This document shows, piece after piece, positions 29,488 through 38,715 of a stretch of 64,000 nt of DNA. A program made the translations under genes and the position numbers. The notes beneath the pieces were generated by a model. It was not told where the DNA came from. It was given only the letters and a program-made list of their open reading frames with translations, and did no database searches. This DNA is from an uncultured virus (IMG/VR IMGVR_UViG_3300031994_000100) (taxonomy: Duplodnaviria > Heunggongvirae > Uroviricota > Caudoviricetes): the IMG/VR virus record IMGVR_UViG_3300031994_000100; one strand, written 5' to 3'. The stretch's first letter is position 1. Every line of letters starts with the position of its first letter.

Positions 29488-29976
29488 TTATCCGTCGATC
29501 AGACTGTCAAGAGAAACGCTGTTGCATCCGTTCGGATATCTCTTCAGGAAATTGTTCATCAGCTCGACGCCGGGCACGTTGATCCCGCCTAGCTCAGCAT
29601 AGAAAATATAATCTTTGCCGGTGAAGAACTGCCGTACATCCTGCGCGGGTTCCAGACAGAAAACGCGAATCTTGTCGTAGCTGTTGTCCCGGTATTGAAC
29701 CACCTTGCGCCCCCAGTTATCCGTATACTGCTTGAGAACAGTGAAGCGTGGAGATGTTTCCAGCATCTTGAGTGTGCGCTTCTCCTCGCGGATCTGGTCC
29801 TTCAAATCTTTCAGGGCGTTGAATATCACGGCTCTCGCCAGAGCCCGGTATGGCGCGTTCTCCATTTCGCTGCCGGGATTGGCTATAATGCGCGTCGATG
29901 CATCCCGTACGTACCTGTTGGCAGGGGAGTTAAAGTATTCCCAGTTTTTTGTTTTTTCATCTGCAGACGTGTTCAT
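29488..29976 (-). CDS. hypothetical protein
   Basis: AAGGAGG RBS. Confidence 0.6.
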   Translation of the reverse strand: MNTSADEKTKNWEYFNSPANRYVRDASTRIIANPGSEMENAPYRALARAVIFNALKDLKDQIREEKRTLKMLETSPRFTVLKQYTDNWGRKVVQYRDNSYDKIRVFCLEPAQDVRQFFTGKDYIFYAELGGINVPGVELMNNFLKRYPNGCNSVSLDSLIDG

Positions 29977-30020
29977 ACCCGATACCTCCTTATCTGTTGT
30001 AAAAAAGAAGAGAGCCCGGT

Positions 30021-30239
30021 TTACACCAGGTCCTCGACGGTCTGTTTGAACTTGTCTGCATTCTTTTTCATGGCCTCCATGGAAATATCCAGGGCCATAT
30101 CAGTATAGCCGGTCAGTAACTCTTTGGTCATCTTCTTTCCTTTCTCACTGCTCATCAGCTTGATCGCCATGTACCAGCTGAGCAAGGATCCGAGTCCGAT
30201 ACTTACCGCCATAACCACGATAAAGGCCAGAATATCCAT
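30021..30239 (-). CDS. small membrane cassette gene
   Basis: Follows motif copy 30277-30301; ends in a terminator. Confidence 0.6.
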   Translation of the reverse strand: MDILAFIVVMAVSIGLGSLLSWYMAIKLMSSEKGKKMTKELLTGYTDMALDISMEAMKKNADKFKQTVEDLV

Positions 30240-30339
30240 AAAAATCCCTCCTAAAATGTTTTATAGTTCTTGCTTCCATCAAAGGAGGTGTAAATTTCGC
30301 GAATGAAAAATGAAAAGGGGAGCCGAAGCTCCCGGTTCC

Positions 30340-30558
30340 TCAGTACACTTCATCTCTTATGTCCCGAGGTTCCTTTGGCTTCTCTCCCCATGCTTTGGGA
30401 TCGTCCAGCTTAAACAGTTTCCGGACCATACCGTTCACGCAGTTCGCTATTCTTCTGGACAGGTCGAGCATGGTTCCCAGCAGCTTCGGCACTGCTGCCA
30501 AAATTGCTATAAAAACCACGATATCCACCAGAAGTTTTGTAAACCACATAAACACCAC
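30340..30558 (-). CDS. small membrane cassette gene
   Basis: Follows motif copy 30586-30610. Confidence 0.55.
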   Translation of the reverse strand: MVFMWFTKLLVDIVVFIAILAAVPKLLGTMLDLSRRIANCVNGMVRKLFKLDDPKAWGEKPKEPRDIRDEVY

Positions 30559-30659
30559 TCCTTTTTCTGTTTTTAGTTTTCATCCCATTAAGCGAGGTGT
30601 TAAATTCGCGAAAAAAGCAAGACCAGCTTTTTCAGCTAATCTTGCTTTTTGACTTTTAT

Positions 30660-30860
30660 TTACTCATCTCTCAGGTCCTCCTCTTTCAGTCCCAGTTCTT
30701 TAGCTGCCGTCTTATACTGTTTATTTACCTTACACACGTCACACCGGTCCCTGCCTTCCCGGTTGCACATTGCACACCGGATGCAGCAGTTGTCCAGCCA
30801 TGTGTTCAGTTCTTCAACAGAATTAAACTTTGCTTTAAATTCAAACTTCATAGTCCTCAT
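30660..30860 (-). CDS. Cys-rich cassette gene
   Basis: Follows motif copy 30893-30917. Confidence 0.55.
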   Translation of the reverse strand: MRTMKFEFKAKFNSVEELNTWLDNCCIRCAMCNREGRDRCDVCKVNKQYKTAAKELGLKEEDLRDE

Positions 30861-30969
30861 CCTTTCTGACTTTTATGGGGAGTCACCCCTCTCACTATGA
30901 GGGCAGTATTTGACGCGAGGCGTTACATTGAGGCAAAAAGAAAGCGGCCTGTTAAAGCCGCGATCTCTC

Positions 30970-31119
30970 TCAGTTCCATGCGTTGTTCCAATTTTTCCTC
31001 TTTTCAGCGGCCTGCTGGTACTGGAGTTTCTCCAGCTGCCTGTAGGCGTAAATCATCCGCCCGATTATGACAGCCTCGAAAATCAGTCCGAGGCCGATGA
31101 AAATTCCTTCTACGAACAT
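30970..31119 (-). CDS. 49-aa membrane peptide cassette gene (MFVEGIFIGLG...)
   Basis: Read by hand; GGAGG RBS right after motif copy 31132-31156. Confidence 0.55.
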   Translation of the reverse strand: MFVEGIFIGLGLIFEAVIIGRMIYAYRQLEKLQYQQAAEKRKNWNNAWN

Positions 31120-31214
31120 GTTATTCACCTCCATTATGAGGCCGGTAAATGACGCGCCGCGTTACTTTTGGCAAAAAAGAAAAGACCCGCTTTTTCAGCG
31201 AGTCTTTGCTCCGG

Positions 31215-31493
31215 TTAACCCCAAATCTCAAGGTCGTTGTACCGACGTCCAAGGTTTTCTTTGCTGTACTTTTTGGCGAACCTTTTGAACGCGCCATGCC
31301 ATTTTTCTTTGACGCGAACCAGGACCACATCCTGAATAAAAGCTCCGGTCTCCGCCTCATTCATGGTTTCCACCACGTATGAAACGGGCCTTATGCCTTC
31401 TTCTTCCAGATTTTTGGTCCAGTTCGCGAAGATTTTCGGTTCAGATACCGCGTTCGGTCCGTAAATAAGATACACTTCTTTCTTCTCGAACAT
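31215..31493 (-). CDS. hypothetical cassette gene
   Basis: Follows motif copy 31527-31551; GAGGAGG RBS. Confidence 0.6.
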   Translation of the reverse strand: MFEKKEVYLIYGPNAVSEPKIFANWTKNLEEEGIRPVSYVVETMNEAETGAFIQDVVLVRVKEKWHGAFKRFAKKYSKENLGRRYNDLEIWG

Positions 31494-31556
31494 AGAATCA
31501 ACCTCCTCAAATTTTGTGGATCACTCCATTAAAAGAGGTGATTTCTTCGCGAGTCA

Positions 31557-31976
31557 TCAGAAATCGCTCAGTACATCGGTGCGTACGGAGTACATCCGGT
31601 TGGCCACAACATCTTTGACCTTCCGGCAGCTGCCTTTCGCACCGTTCAGAGCGTTGATGCTCCCGGTATTTTTCTCAATCCAGTCATGCACAGGTTTCAG
31701 CATGTCGTTCTCGTTTTTACACTGCCTCCGCTCCTGGCGGATCTTTTCCAGCCGTTTGTACACGTCGGCCCTGCCGCGGGTGGTTCCGCTCATCTCGATG
31801 AAATGCAGAATATCCTGCGTCTCGATATCCAGTTCGCTCACTCGCTCATTGTTGTACTGAAAACGGCGCTTGACATTATTGATGAAATCCACGAAATCGC
31901 TGATTCGCTGATCCGCGTTCAGACTGTCGAAGTCCATTTCGTCCCGTAGAATTACCAGATTATCTCCGCGGTTCAT
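31557..31976 (-). CDS. coiled-coil hypothetical protein
   Basis: QDILHFIE..RQERRQCKNE pattern. Confidence 0.65.
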   Translation of the reverse strand: MNRGDNLVILRDEMDFDSLNADQRISDFVDFINNVKRRFQYNNERVSELDIETQDILHFIEMSGTTRGRADVYKRLEKIRQERRQCKNENDMLKPVHDWIEKNTGSINALNGAKGSCRKVKDVVANRMYSVRTDVLSDF

Positions 31977-32275
31977 TTTTGATCCCTCCCGTATTTCTTC
32001 AGAATTCGGTTCGCTATATGCCGCTTAACCTCCATGATCATCAGCACAACCGGCCACAGGAAGTACGCCAATGACGAAAACAGAAGCAGCGTCAACCCAG
32101 AGTCTACCCGAAGCAGCACGGTACAGCGATTTGCTCGGTGCCAGTCGTACATGCACATAACGGGTGAATATTCGATAATCCGCCGATTCAGTTTTCTATA
32201 GACAAACCGGTCGTACATAAGGATGGCGACGTATCCGGCCGCCATATAGGCAATCATGGCATAAATATAACTCAC
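31973..32275 (-). CDS. membrane protein
   Basis: Hydrophobic segments; coupled ORF. Confidence 0.5.
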   Translation of the reverse strand: MSYIYAMIAYMAAGYVAILMYDRFVYRKLNRRIIEYSPVMCMYDWHRANRCTVLLRVDSGLTLLLFSSLAYFLWPVVLMIMEVKRHIANRILKKYGRDQK

Positions 32276-32678
32276 GTTTTATCATCTCCTAATATTTCTC
32301 GTCGCAATTGGGCCAGCACGTGGATCGCGTACAGCATCCGCGCCTCCTGCTCCGGCGACGGCGTCTGGTCCACTTTGTCCTGTAGTTCTTCAAGTTTCTC
32401 GTCGAAAACACCTAGTACATCGTCGCTCCATACAAGATGATTCATATACATATGTTCATTCCTCCTCAAGTCCGTAAGTTCGTAAGAATTTTCTTGCAGC
32501 AAGATAGACAAACATTTCTTTCTGGGTAATATTGCGGTCCATCATGACGATCGGGTCTTTGGTTTTGTACTTGCTATGAATACCGCGAACGGTACTTCTG
32601 GCCTGTTTGGCAAGTTTTTTCTGCTCGTCCGTCCATTCCGGTTCAACAAATACGAGCATATCGTTGCAGATGTACCCG

Positions 32679-32927
32679 TCAACGATCTTTTCCATTGACT
32701 CTCTTCGCTCCCTCCTCCAGAAATGCGTTGAAGTCAGCGGTACAGTCCGGACAAAGGTCAAAGTAATCCTGCTCGAAGAGGGGCAGTCTCCGGGTGCGGG
32801 TGAACCGGTTTTTTGCGTAATCGCTTGACGTAGTGAAAATGATTTCCTTTATCGACACTGTTTCTCTGTCTGTATCAGCCTGGTGAAAGCATTTTCCGCA
32901 TCGATCGCATTTACAAGCCTTACTCAT
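32679..32927 (-). CDS. zinc-finger protein
   Basis: CDRCG..DLCPDC. Confidence 0.6.
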   Translation of the reverse strand: MSKACKCDRCGKCFHQADTDRETVSIKEIIFTTSSDYAKNRFTRTRRLPLFEQDYFDLCPDCTADFNAFLEEGAKRVNGKDR

Positions 32928-32930
32928 TTT

Positions 32931-33392
32931 TCATTCCTCCCTCGAGTTCGAGGATTCCAGATATGCTATTTTTTCTGGCATGCTTTTGAATCGAACGCCG
33001 AAGACCGGCGTCGTCTGTCCTTCGTAAATAGCATTTTTCTCATCCTCCTTGACCAGCATCGGGTGGTATTCAAGGATTCCATTCGGCTCTGTTTTATTCA
33101 GCACATCCGCGATCTGACAATACTTTTTGAAAATATAATTCTCGTACTTGTTACTCCAGCAGTTTTCTTTCGGGTGTGCTTTTTCGTAGTCGTCGTTCCA
33201 CTTCTGGATGTGCTGATTGACCTCCTCGGCAAAACGTTTGTACATGCGCTGAATGTTTGATGTGAAAAACTTATCCAGATGCTGTTCTATAAGCCATTCC
33301 GGATTTAATCCTTCATAGGTGATCAGGAAGTCGACCTCGTGCGCCTGCCCGTTATCATCCTTCGTTTTTCCTCTTCCGAAGTATCTTTTCAT
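32931..33392 (-). CDS. hypothetical protein
   Basis: AAGGAGG RBS. Confidence 0.6.
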   Translation of the reverse strand: MKRYFGRGKTKDDNGQAHEVDFLITYEGLNPEWLIEQHLDKFFTSNIQRMYKRFAEEVNQHIQKWNDDYEKAHPKENCWSNKYENYIFKKYCQIADVLNKTEPNGILEYHPMLVKEDEKNAIYEGQTTPVFGVRFKSMPEKIAYLESSNSREE

Positions 33393-33859
33393 GCAGAAAT
33401 CCTCCTTATCGTTTATATGGTTTTACATCTTCCGCCCAGGCGATAATGACAAACGGCATTCCGGTCAGCGGGTATTCATACCCCGTTGTAATGTCTTCAT
33501 TGAGCCACAGCCGGTCGTACGCGTCGTATTTAACATCCCGCAGGATCATCCGCATTCCGGATCGCCTGTATTGGATGCTGAGAATATAACCGTAGCCGCT
33601 CTCGCCTGGCAAATCATTCGGATCATCGATCAGATCATGCCACACCACTGTTGTCAGATGTCGGGACATCGCCTTCCGCCACCTCCTTTCGATGTCGAAA
33701 AAGAAAAAACGGGAGGCCTGCTCGTTCGCCCTGCGCATAGGCTACACGAGACCCAGGTCCCTCCCTTTTCATCGGTGCCAAGTCATGTCTTTTAACCTCC
33801 TTTCATGAATTGGCTCGCCATTAAGAGAGATGTATTTTTCGCGAAAAGAAAGAGCCTGC

Positions 33860-34153
33860 CTAATCGACAAGCTCTTCGAGGAGACCTTCCAGATCCGGAG
33901 TGACATTGATAATCCCACGAATATTATTTTTTAGTCTCTTTGCCGCGCTTTCTGACTCTTGACGGATTGCCTCCAGTGCCTGCCGAACGAGTGTAGCGCA
34001 ATAGCTCTTATCCGCAGAGCTGCCGTGCTTATACCGTTCGAGGTAGAACGCAACGTCGTAAGTATAGTAAACCAGGCACCAGTCACGATTCTCGTCTTCC
34101 TTAACTGTCCGTGAGATCCGATTGCCAATCTTCGTCATTCGTATCACCTCCAT
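33860..34153 (-). CDS. hypothetical cassette gene
   Basis: Lies between motif copies 34151-34175 and 33819-33843; true start probably a few codons inside. Confidence 0.55.
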   Translation of the reverse strand: MEVIRMTKIGNRISRTVKEDENRDWCLVYYTYDVAFYLERYKHGSSADKSYCATLVRQALEAIRQESESAAKRLKNNIRGIINVTPDLEGLLEELVD

Positions 34154-34194
34154 TATGAGCGCTGATTATTCGGCGAAAAAAGGAAAGGGCCCGC

Positions 34195-34479
34195 CTACTC
34201 GGCGGACGCCTTCTTCTTGGCTTCTCCGATTTTTTCGTTGAGGTCGATGTACTGCTTGATGTTGTCATAGTCAGCGAGATGCTCTGCGAGGTCATCCCGG
34301 GTAAGACCGGTCATATCCATTAGCTTTTTAGTCATCGCCATCGCCAGCATGTCATTGGCGCCTTCCGCCATCTTGACAAGTGGATCGTCGATGTCGCCTG
34401 AAAGGCTCTTCAGACAGACGGACTTTCCGAGAAGTTCAGCGCAGTTCACAACCTCGATAAGTTCAATTTTGTTTATCAT
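34195..34479 (-). CDS. hypothetical cassette gene
   Basis: Follows motif copy 34513-34537. Confidence 0.6.
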   Translation of the reverse strand: MINKIELIEVVNCAELLGKSVCLKSLSGDIDDPLVKMAEGANDMLAMAMTKKLMDMTGLTRDDLAEHLADYDNIKQYIDLNEKIGEAKKKASAE

Positions 34480-34590
34480 AGCAACGCCCTCCTTAAAAAT
34501 TTATTTGATTGCCATTAAGAGAGATGTATTTTTCGCGAAAAAAAGAGATCGGCGTTTTGCTGTCTCTTTTTGGTGGGGAGCATTGGCTTG

Positions 34591-34944
34591 CTACTCCGCC
34601 ACCGCGAATGACCTACATCCAACGATGCGGCCTGCGCTGTCACGCACAGTCTCGTTGGGCATCAGCAGATCGCTCGCACCACGTCCGTACTGGATCGCAG
34701 CCTTGGCAGTTGCCAGGCTCACAATCAGGTACGTTCCCTCGACAGGTTCCGGTAAATCTACCGGTTCCCCGAAGGACGTCCGTGTGATCCTGTAACCGTC
34801 ATCGGTCACGTGATCCAGCACAGTCGTCTGTGCGGCTCTCGCCACGCCCTGAGACGGGAACGTAACAGACGTTCCGTCATCTCGGATGTAGTTGACGTCA
34901 TGCGGCGTCAGATTGACGAGTTTCATACTCTCACCTCCTTTCAC
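34591..34944 (-). CDS. hypothetical cassette gene (LVNLTPHDV-type phage protein)
   Basis: Follows motif copy 34942-34966; likely start at MKLVNLTPH. Confidence 0.65.
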   Translation of the reverse strand: MKGGESMKLVNLTPHDVNYIRDDGTSVTFPSQGVARAAQTTVLDHVTDDGYRITRTSFGEPVDLPEPVEGTYLIVSLATAKAAIQYGRGASDLLMPNETVRDSAGRIVGCRSFAVAE

Positions 34945-35301
34945 TATGAAACCGGTATCTGACGCGAAGTGTTACTTTGACAAAAAAATATAGAGCGCAT
35001 TGTACACGCGTTCTATATTTCGGCAGAAAGCGTTGGCTTGCCACTTAGCTGCCTTCGTTAGTCATCACAGATGACCACCGACACGACCCATCGGGTCCTC
35101 CACGTACGAGCCAACGTCCCATACGCCCGGAAGTGCCAGTGCAGCACTTTCCGCTTCGTAATAGTCAGTCGTCTCAGTGTGGACTGTCACGAATTCGCGA
35201 CGGTTGCCATACATGATGACTTCAAAAAGCCATTCATACAATTGGTTTTCACCTCCTTTCTTTCTCCTTATAATAGATATGTAAATTTCGCGAGGCAAAA
35301 A

Positions 35302-35430
35302 ATATAATGCTTGTAGGCTTCGAACCTACGTCTCCCATCCGTAGATGGGTATCCTACCATTAGACGATTGTTCTGGGGCTAACGTTCGGCCTAACCGGCG
35401 CCTCCCCTGCGTTTATACCGCGCATTATAT
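35302..35430 (-). ncRNA. tRNA-mimic RNA 3 with cUACGg tetraloop in place of the anticodon loop
   Basis: D-like CGTCTAATGGTAGGAT; CCCATC-TACG-GATGGG; T-arm GTAGG-TTCGAAG-CCTAC; 9-bp closing stem then T-run; own motif copy at 35447-35471. Confidence 0.6.
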
Positions 35431-35491
35431 CATCCTTTAATAGTTCCACTATGAGACTGGTATTTTCAGCGAAAAAAGAGAAGGCCGGGCT

Positions 35492-35788
35492 TTACAGCCC
35501 AAGCCAGTCCCAGTCAATATTGAAGCGCTTTTTTCCAAAGAACTTCCAGTTTGGGTCCTCGACTATATTGGAGAAGTCAAAGCCATCATACTTGATATTC
35601 AGAAAGTCACTGATGATCCTCGTCATGATAAACATTCTCCAGGGATTGATTCTGTCAATCCATCTTGAATGCATTTTCACAAGAGGATAAATGTCGTTTC
35701 TTTCATTCATCCAGCCATAGTACACCGACTGTATTTCTCCATTATAGGCAGGAACATTTGTGCTAAACTTTCCAGCTTGCTCTTTCAT
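35492..35788 (-). CDS. hypothetical cassette gene
   Basis: Follows motif copy 35806-35830. Confidence 0.6.
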   Translation of the reverse strand: MKEQAGKFSTNVPAYNGEIQSVYYGWMNERNDIYPLVKMHSRWIDRINPWRMFIMTRIISDFLNIKYDGFDFSNIVEDPNWKFFGKKRFNIDWDWLGL

Positions 35789-35871
35789 AAAAGCACCTCC
35801 TTTTTCACTAACATAGGTGTTATTTCCGCGAAAAAAGAGAAGGCCCGCAATTTCTGCGAGCCGTATAACTC

Positions 35872-36306
35872 TTATTTGTTTTCAAATACATATACTTCAA
35901 AGTCGCTTTCCGGAAATTCTTTTTCCAGATGTTTCACAAGTTGTTCTACAACCGCAGCAACGTTTTGTGTGCGGCAGACAGCCACCTCCGGGTCAATGTG
36001 CCCGAGAAATCCGTCGTCGACGGCCAAGCCGAATTCGTCCATCTGAACGGCGTACCCATCGTTGTAGTTGCAATCTTCGTCATCTCTGAACCGAATCACA
36101 TTCTTTTCAAACTTGACTTCGTCCATCTTTTCGTCGATTGACACTACAATTTCAAAGTCCCAGCCGTTCTCTTTGAATTCGGTTTCGCCATCGGTAACCT
36201 CGATCCCGGTAACCTTGACATCCCAATTTACAGTGACCTCCGCCGCAGCTATTGCAGCAGTCATCGTCATGATAACCATCATAATAATTCCAATAACCTT
36301 TTTCAT
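35872..36306 (-). CDS. secreted/signal-peptide cassette gene
   Basis: MKK + hydrophobic signal; follows motif copy 36353-36377. Confidence 0.65.
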   Translation of the reverse strand: MKKVIGIIMMVIMTMTAAIAAAEVTVNWDVKVTGIEVTDGETEFKENGWDFEIVVSIDEKMDEVKFEKNVIRFRDDEDCNYNDGYAVQMDEFGLAVDDGFLGHIDPEVAVCRTQNVAAVVEQLVKHLEKEFPESDFEVYVFENK

Positions 36307-36440
36307 AAGAAAACCTCCTAAAAATATAATATTTGTCGAGAGTGTTACCTCTCACTATGAGGCCGGTAATTGACGCGAAGCGTTACATTGAGGCAAAAAA
36401 GAGAAGGACGGCATTTTACGCGCAGCCCTTCACTTCCATT

Positions 36441-36704
36441 TTATGAGTCTCGTTTTCGAGCTCTGCTGGGTTTCTTTCCCTTCGCCAGCATTGCAACGGT
36501 ATCCTCGCGTAGTCCGGTCTCACGGCAAACGACGTCGACAGGCTTTCCGCACTTGATCGCCTCTTCGGCCCGGCGAATGGACTCGTCAATCCTCTTCAGA
36601 TAATTCTGAGCCCATTTGTTGATATCACCCTTTGGATTTGGACCTTTCTTTGAATACTTTCCTCTCGGAGAAGCGATTAACGGATCATTAAGCATGTCAG
36701 CCAT
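36441..36704 (-). CDS. hypothetical protein
   Basis: Coupled ORF. Confidence 0.55.
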   Translation of the reverse strand: MADMLNDPLIASPRGKYSKKGPNPKGDINKWAQNYLKRIDESIRRAEEAIKCGKPVDVVCRETGLREDTVAMLAKGKKPSRARKRDS

Positions 36705-37170
36705 TGAGCTGCTCCTCTCCGTATTCCCAGCTCAGAGTTCCGACGCCGTTCGTAGCCGCAACAAACGCATGCACTCCGTCTGCTTCTTCTATATCGCAGT
36801 CGTTCAGCCAGTTAAGGAATTTTTCCTGGAACCATTTGACATACTTGTAGTCGTCAAACCTGTTCCGAAGCGCTCCATCGATGTGATATTCGTGCAACCC
36901 ATCCGGACGCGCAACGTGCCCCTTATGCTTCAACGATCCTTCGCTCCCGACCGGCAGGTATCTGTCTGGATTTTTCTCGTATTCATCCCAGACTCGCTTG
37001 TTGTTCTCTATAATCCTGTCCGCGTCCTGACGCCATTTTTCCTCATCCTGCTTGTACAGGTTGTATGATGGCCAGTCATCATTCAGCGGCAGTTCTTTTC
37101 CGAATACAGCTTCCATGTCGATCTCAACCGGCGTCGTAACAATACAGGTGACGTGAACCCATGTACTCAT
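36697..37170 (-). CDS. hypothetical protein
   Basis: MSTWVHV..LPVGSEGSL..GALR pattern. Confidence 0.6.
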   Translation of the reverse strand: MSTWVHVTCIVTTPVEIDMEAVFGKELPLNDDWPSYNLYKQDEEKWRQDADRIIENNKRVWDEYEKNPDRYLPVGSEGSLKHKGHVARPDGLHEYHIDGALRNRFDDYKYVKWFQEKFLNWLNDCDIEEADGVHAFVAATNGVGTLSWEYGEEQLNG

Positions 37171-37658
37171 GCGGCAGCACCTCCCATCAGTTTAGCCACG
37201 ACTTCTTCAACCGTGTTGTTCACCCAGCTCCATGAACGGGTTTTGCGGTCATACTTAGATCCGTAGACGACCCTGTACTGCCCGTTAATGAACAGGCAGA
37301 CACAGTTGGCAACGATCGGATCAGACGGAAGCCCGTCGCCGTGGCGGCGCTTCGGTTCGGGAAGATGCCGGCACTGGCACTGGATGTACTTCAGATCCGG
37401 ATTCCTCTTCTGGCTGGTGTACCAGTTCCAGTGATCTGAAAAGCGAAAAGACATCTCCGGTTTGCTGTGATAGGTCACCTGATCCGAAGTTCCTTTCGGG
37501 CAGAGATACATCGAGCATTCCCCGTGCCGGATTTTGCTCGCCATTGCTTCGTAATCGCCCTTCAGCGCTTCAGCCAGGTCAATGAAGAACTGTCTGCAGA
37601 GCTCCTTTTCCTCGTTCCGAAGATAAGCCCAGTACGGATCATGGCTGAGGATCTTCAT
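37167..37658 (-). CDS. hypothetical protein
   Basis: SFRFSDHWNWY motif; AAGGAG RBS. Confidence 0.6.
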   Translation of the reverse strand: MKILSHDPYWAYLRNEEKELCRQFFIDLAEALKGDYEAMASKIRHGECSMYLCPKGTSDQVTYHSKPEMSFRFSDHWNWYTSQKRNPDLKYIQCQCRHLPEPKRRHGDGLPSDPIVANCVCLFINGQYRVVYGSKYDRKTRSWSWVNNTVEEVVAKLMGGAAA

Positions 37659-37674
37659 GCTTTTCGCTCCTTTC

Positions 37675-38715
37675 TTATTTCGTCTGGATGAGCTCGACGA
37701 ACCGGTTCGTATCCCAGCTGCGGATCACGTTGTCTCCACCTGGAAACCGCAATCTGTCATCCGAAACAATCAGGTTCGCATCCTGAGGCCGGTCCACTAG
37801 CTGCACGGCCGAAGCCTTAAGCAGGTCGTAGACATTGAACACCTCGGTTACATTGAGCTTGTCGAGAATAAACGTCAGATCTGTATTACCGGCAACAGCA
37901 TGCCGTCCCTTGCGGGCCATATTCAGCCATACCATCTCCATGGTCTCCAGGTCGATGGCGAACAGATAGCTGAAGGTGCTGTCCGCGTTGAGAATATAAC
38001 TGGTCTGAACCGTCTTCGGCTCGTAGATCTCGCCGCTGCTGACCTCATCCCGCAGCATGAAGCCAGCCCTTGCCACGCAGGTCTTGAAGGTAACGTTCGT
38101 ACTATAGATATTGTCGCAGAAGACAAGATAGCGGAATCCCTCATACTCGTACTTGAATGCAGAGATGTCGATGTCGAAGTATTCGCTTCCGCCCTTATAG
38201 CCGGACGTCTCATCTCCGGAATAAACGACCGCACCACTCTGCTGACGCCACATATTCCGCCAGCTGAACTCATGCGTCTCGCCGTCAGTCGACATGGCAA
38301 AGCAGCTGAGGTCGATGTCGTGCACCTTTTCCCAGTAGGTAAACGCCCGTACGACCTTCCCATTCGGGATCGGAATCCGGCTGCCGGTAGTAAGCGTGCC
38401 GTATCCGCCGTCGCCCGTGTCCGCGTTCAGCGGAACGGCCAGGCGCTTAAGCTGCTCCGGATCCTCGATCCATACACGCCCGAGCCGGCCCAGAAGGCTA
38501 TCCTCCAGAAGCCCGCGCAGCTCTTTTTCTGCGGTTTCGCGTACTGTCTTTGGCACAAAGGATTTCCGGCGCCGGGCCTCGTCCTCCGTCTCCTTATGCA
38601 CCCGCAGCCTGTTGTTTTTGGTAAAGGCGAATGAACGAGGGGCACCCGGGGTTACCCGATAGTTGTGGTAGTGCATCAGCATCTGAAGCAGAATGATCGG
38701 ATTCACTTTAGACAT
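37675..38715 (-). CDS. TerD-like domain protein (C-terminal partner of a split pair)
   Basis: HDIDLSC, YSGDETSG, GSEYFDIDI and AGFMLR resemble TerD-fold motifs; own AAGGAGG RBS. Confidence 0.6.
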   Translation of the reverse strand: MSKVNPIILLQMLMHYHNYRVTPGAPRSFAFTKNNRLRVHKETEDEARRRKSFVPKTVRETAEKELRGLLEDSLLGRLGRVWIEDPEQLKRLAVPLNADTGDGGYGTLTTGSRIPIPNGKVVRAFTYWEKVHDIDLSCFAMSTDGETHEFSWRNMWRQQSGAVVYSGDETSGYKGGSEYFDIDISAFKYEYEGFRYLVFCDNIYSTNVTFKTCVARAGFMLRDEVSSGEIYEPKTVQTSYILNADSTFSYLFAIDLETMEMVWLNMARKGRHAVAGNTDLTFILDKLNVTEVFNVYDLLKASAVQLVDRPQDANLIVSDDRLRFPGGDNVIRSWDTNRFVELIQTK

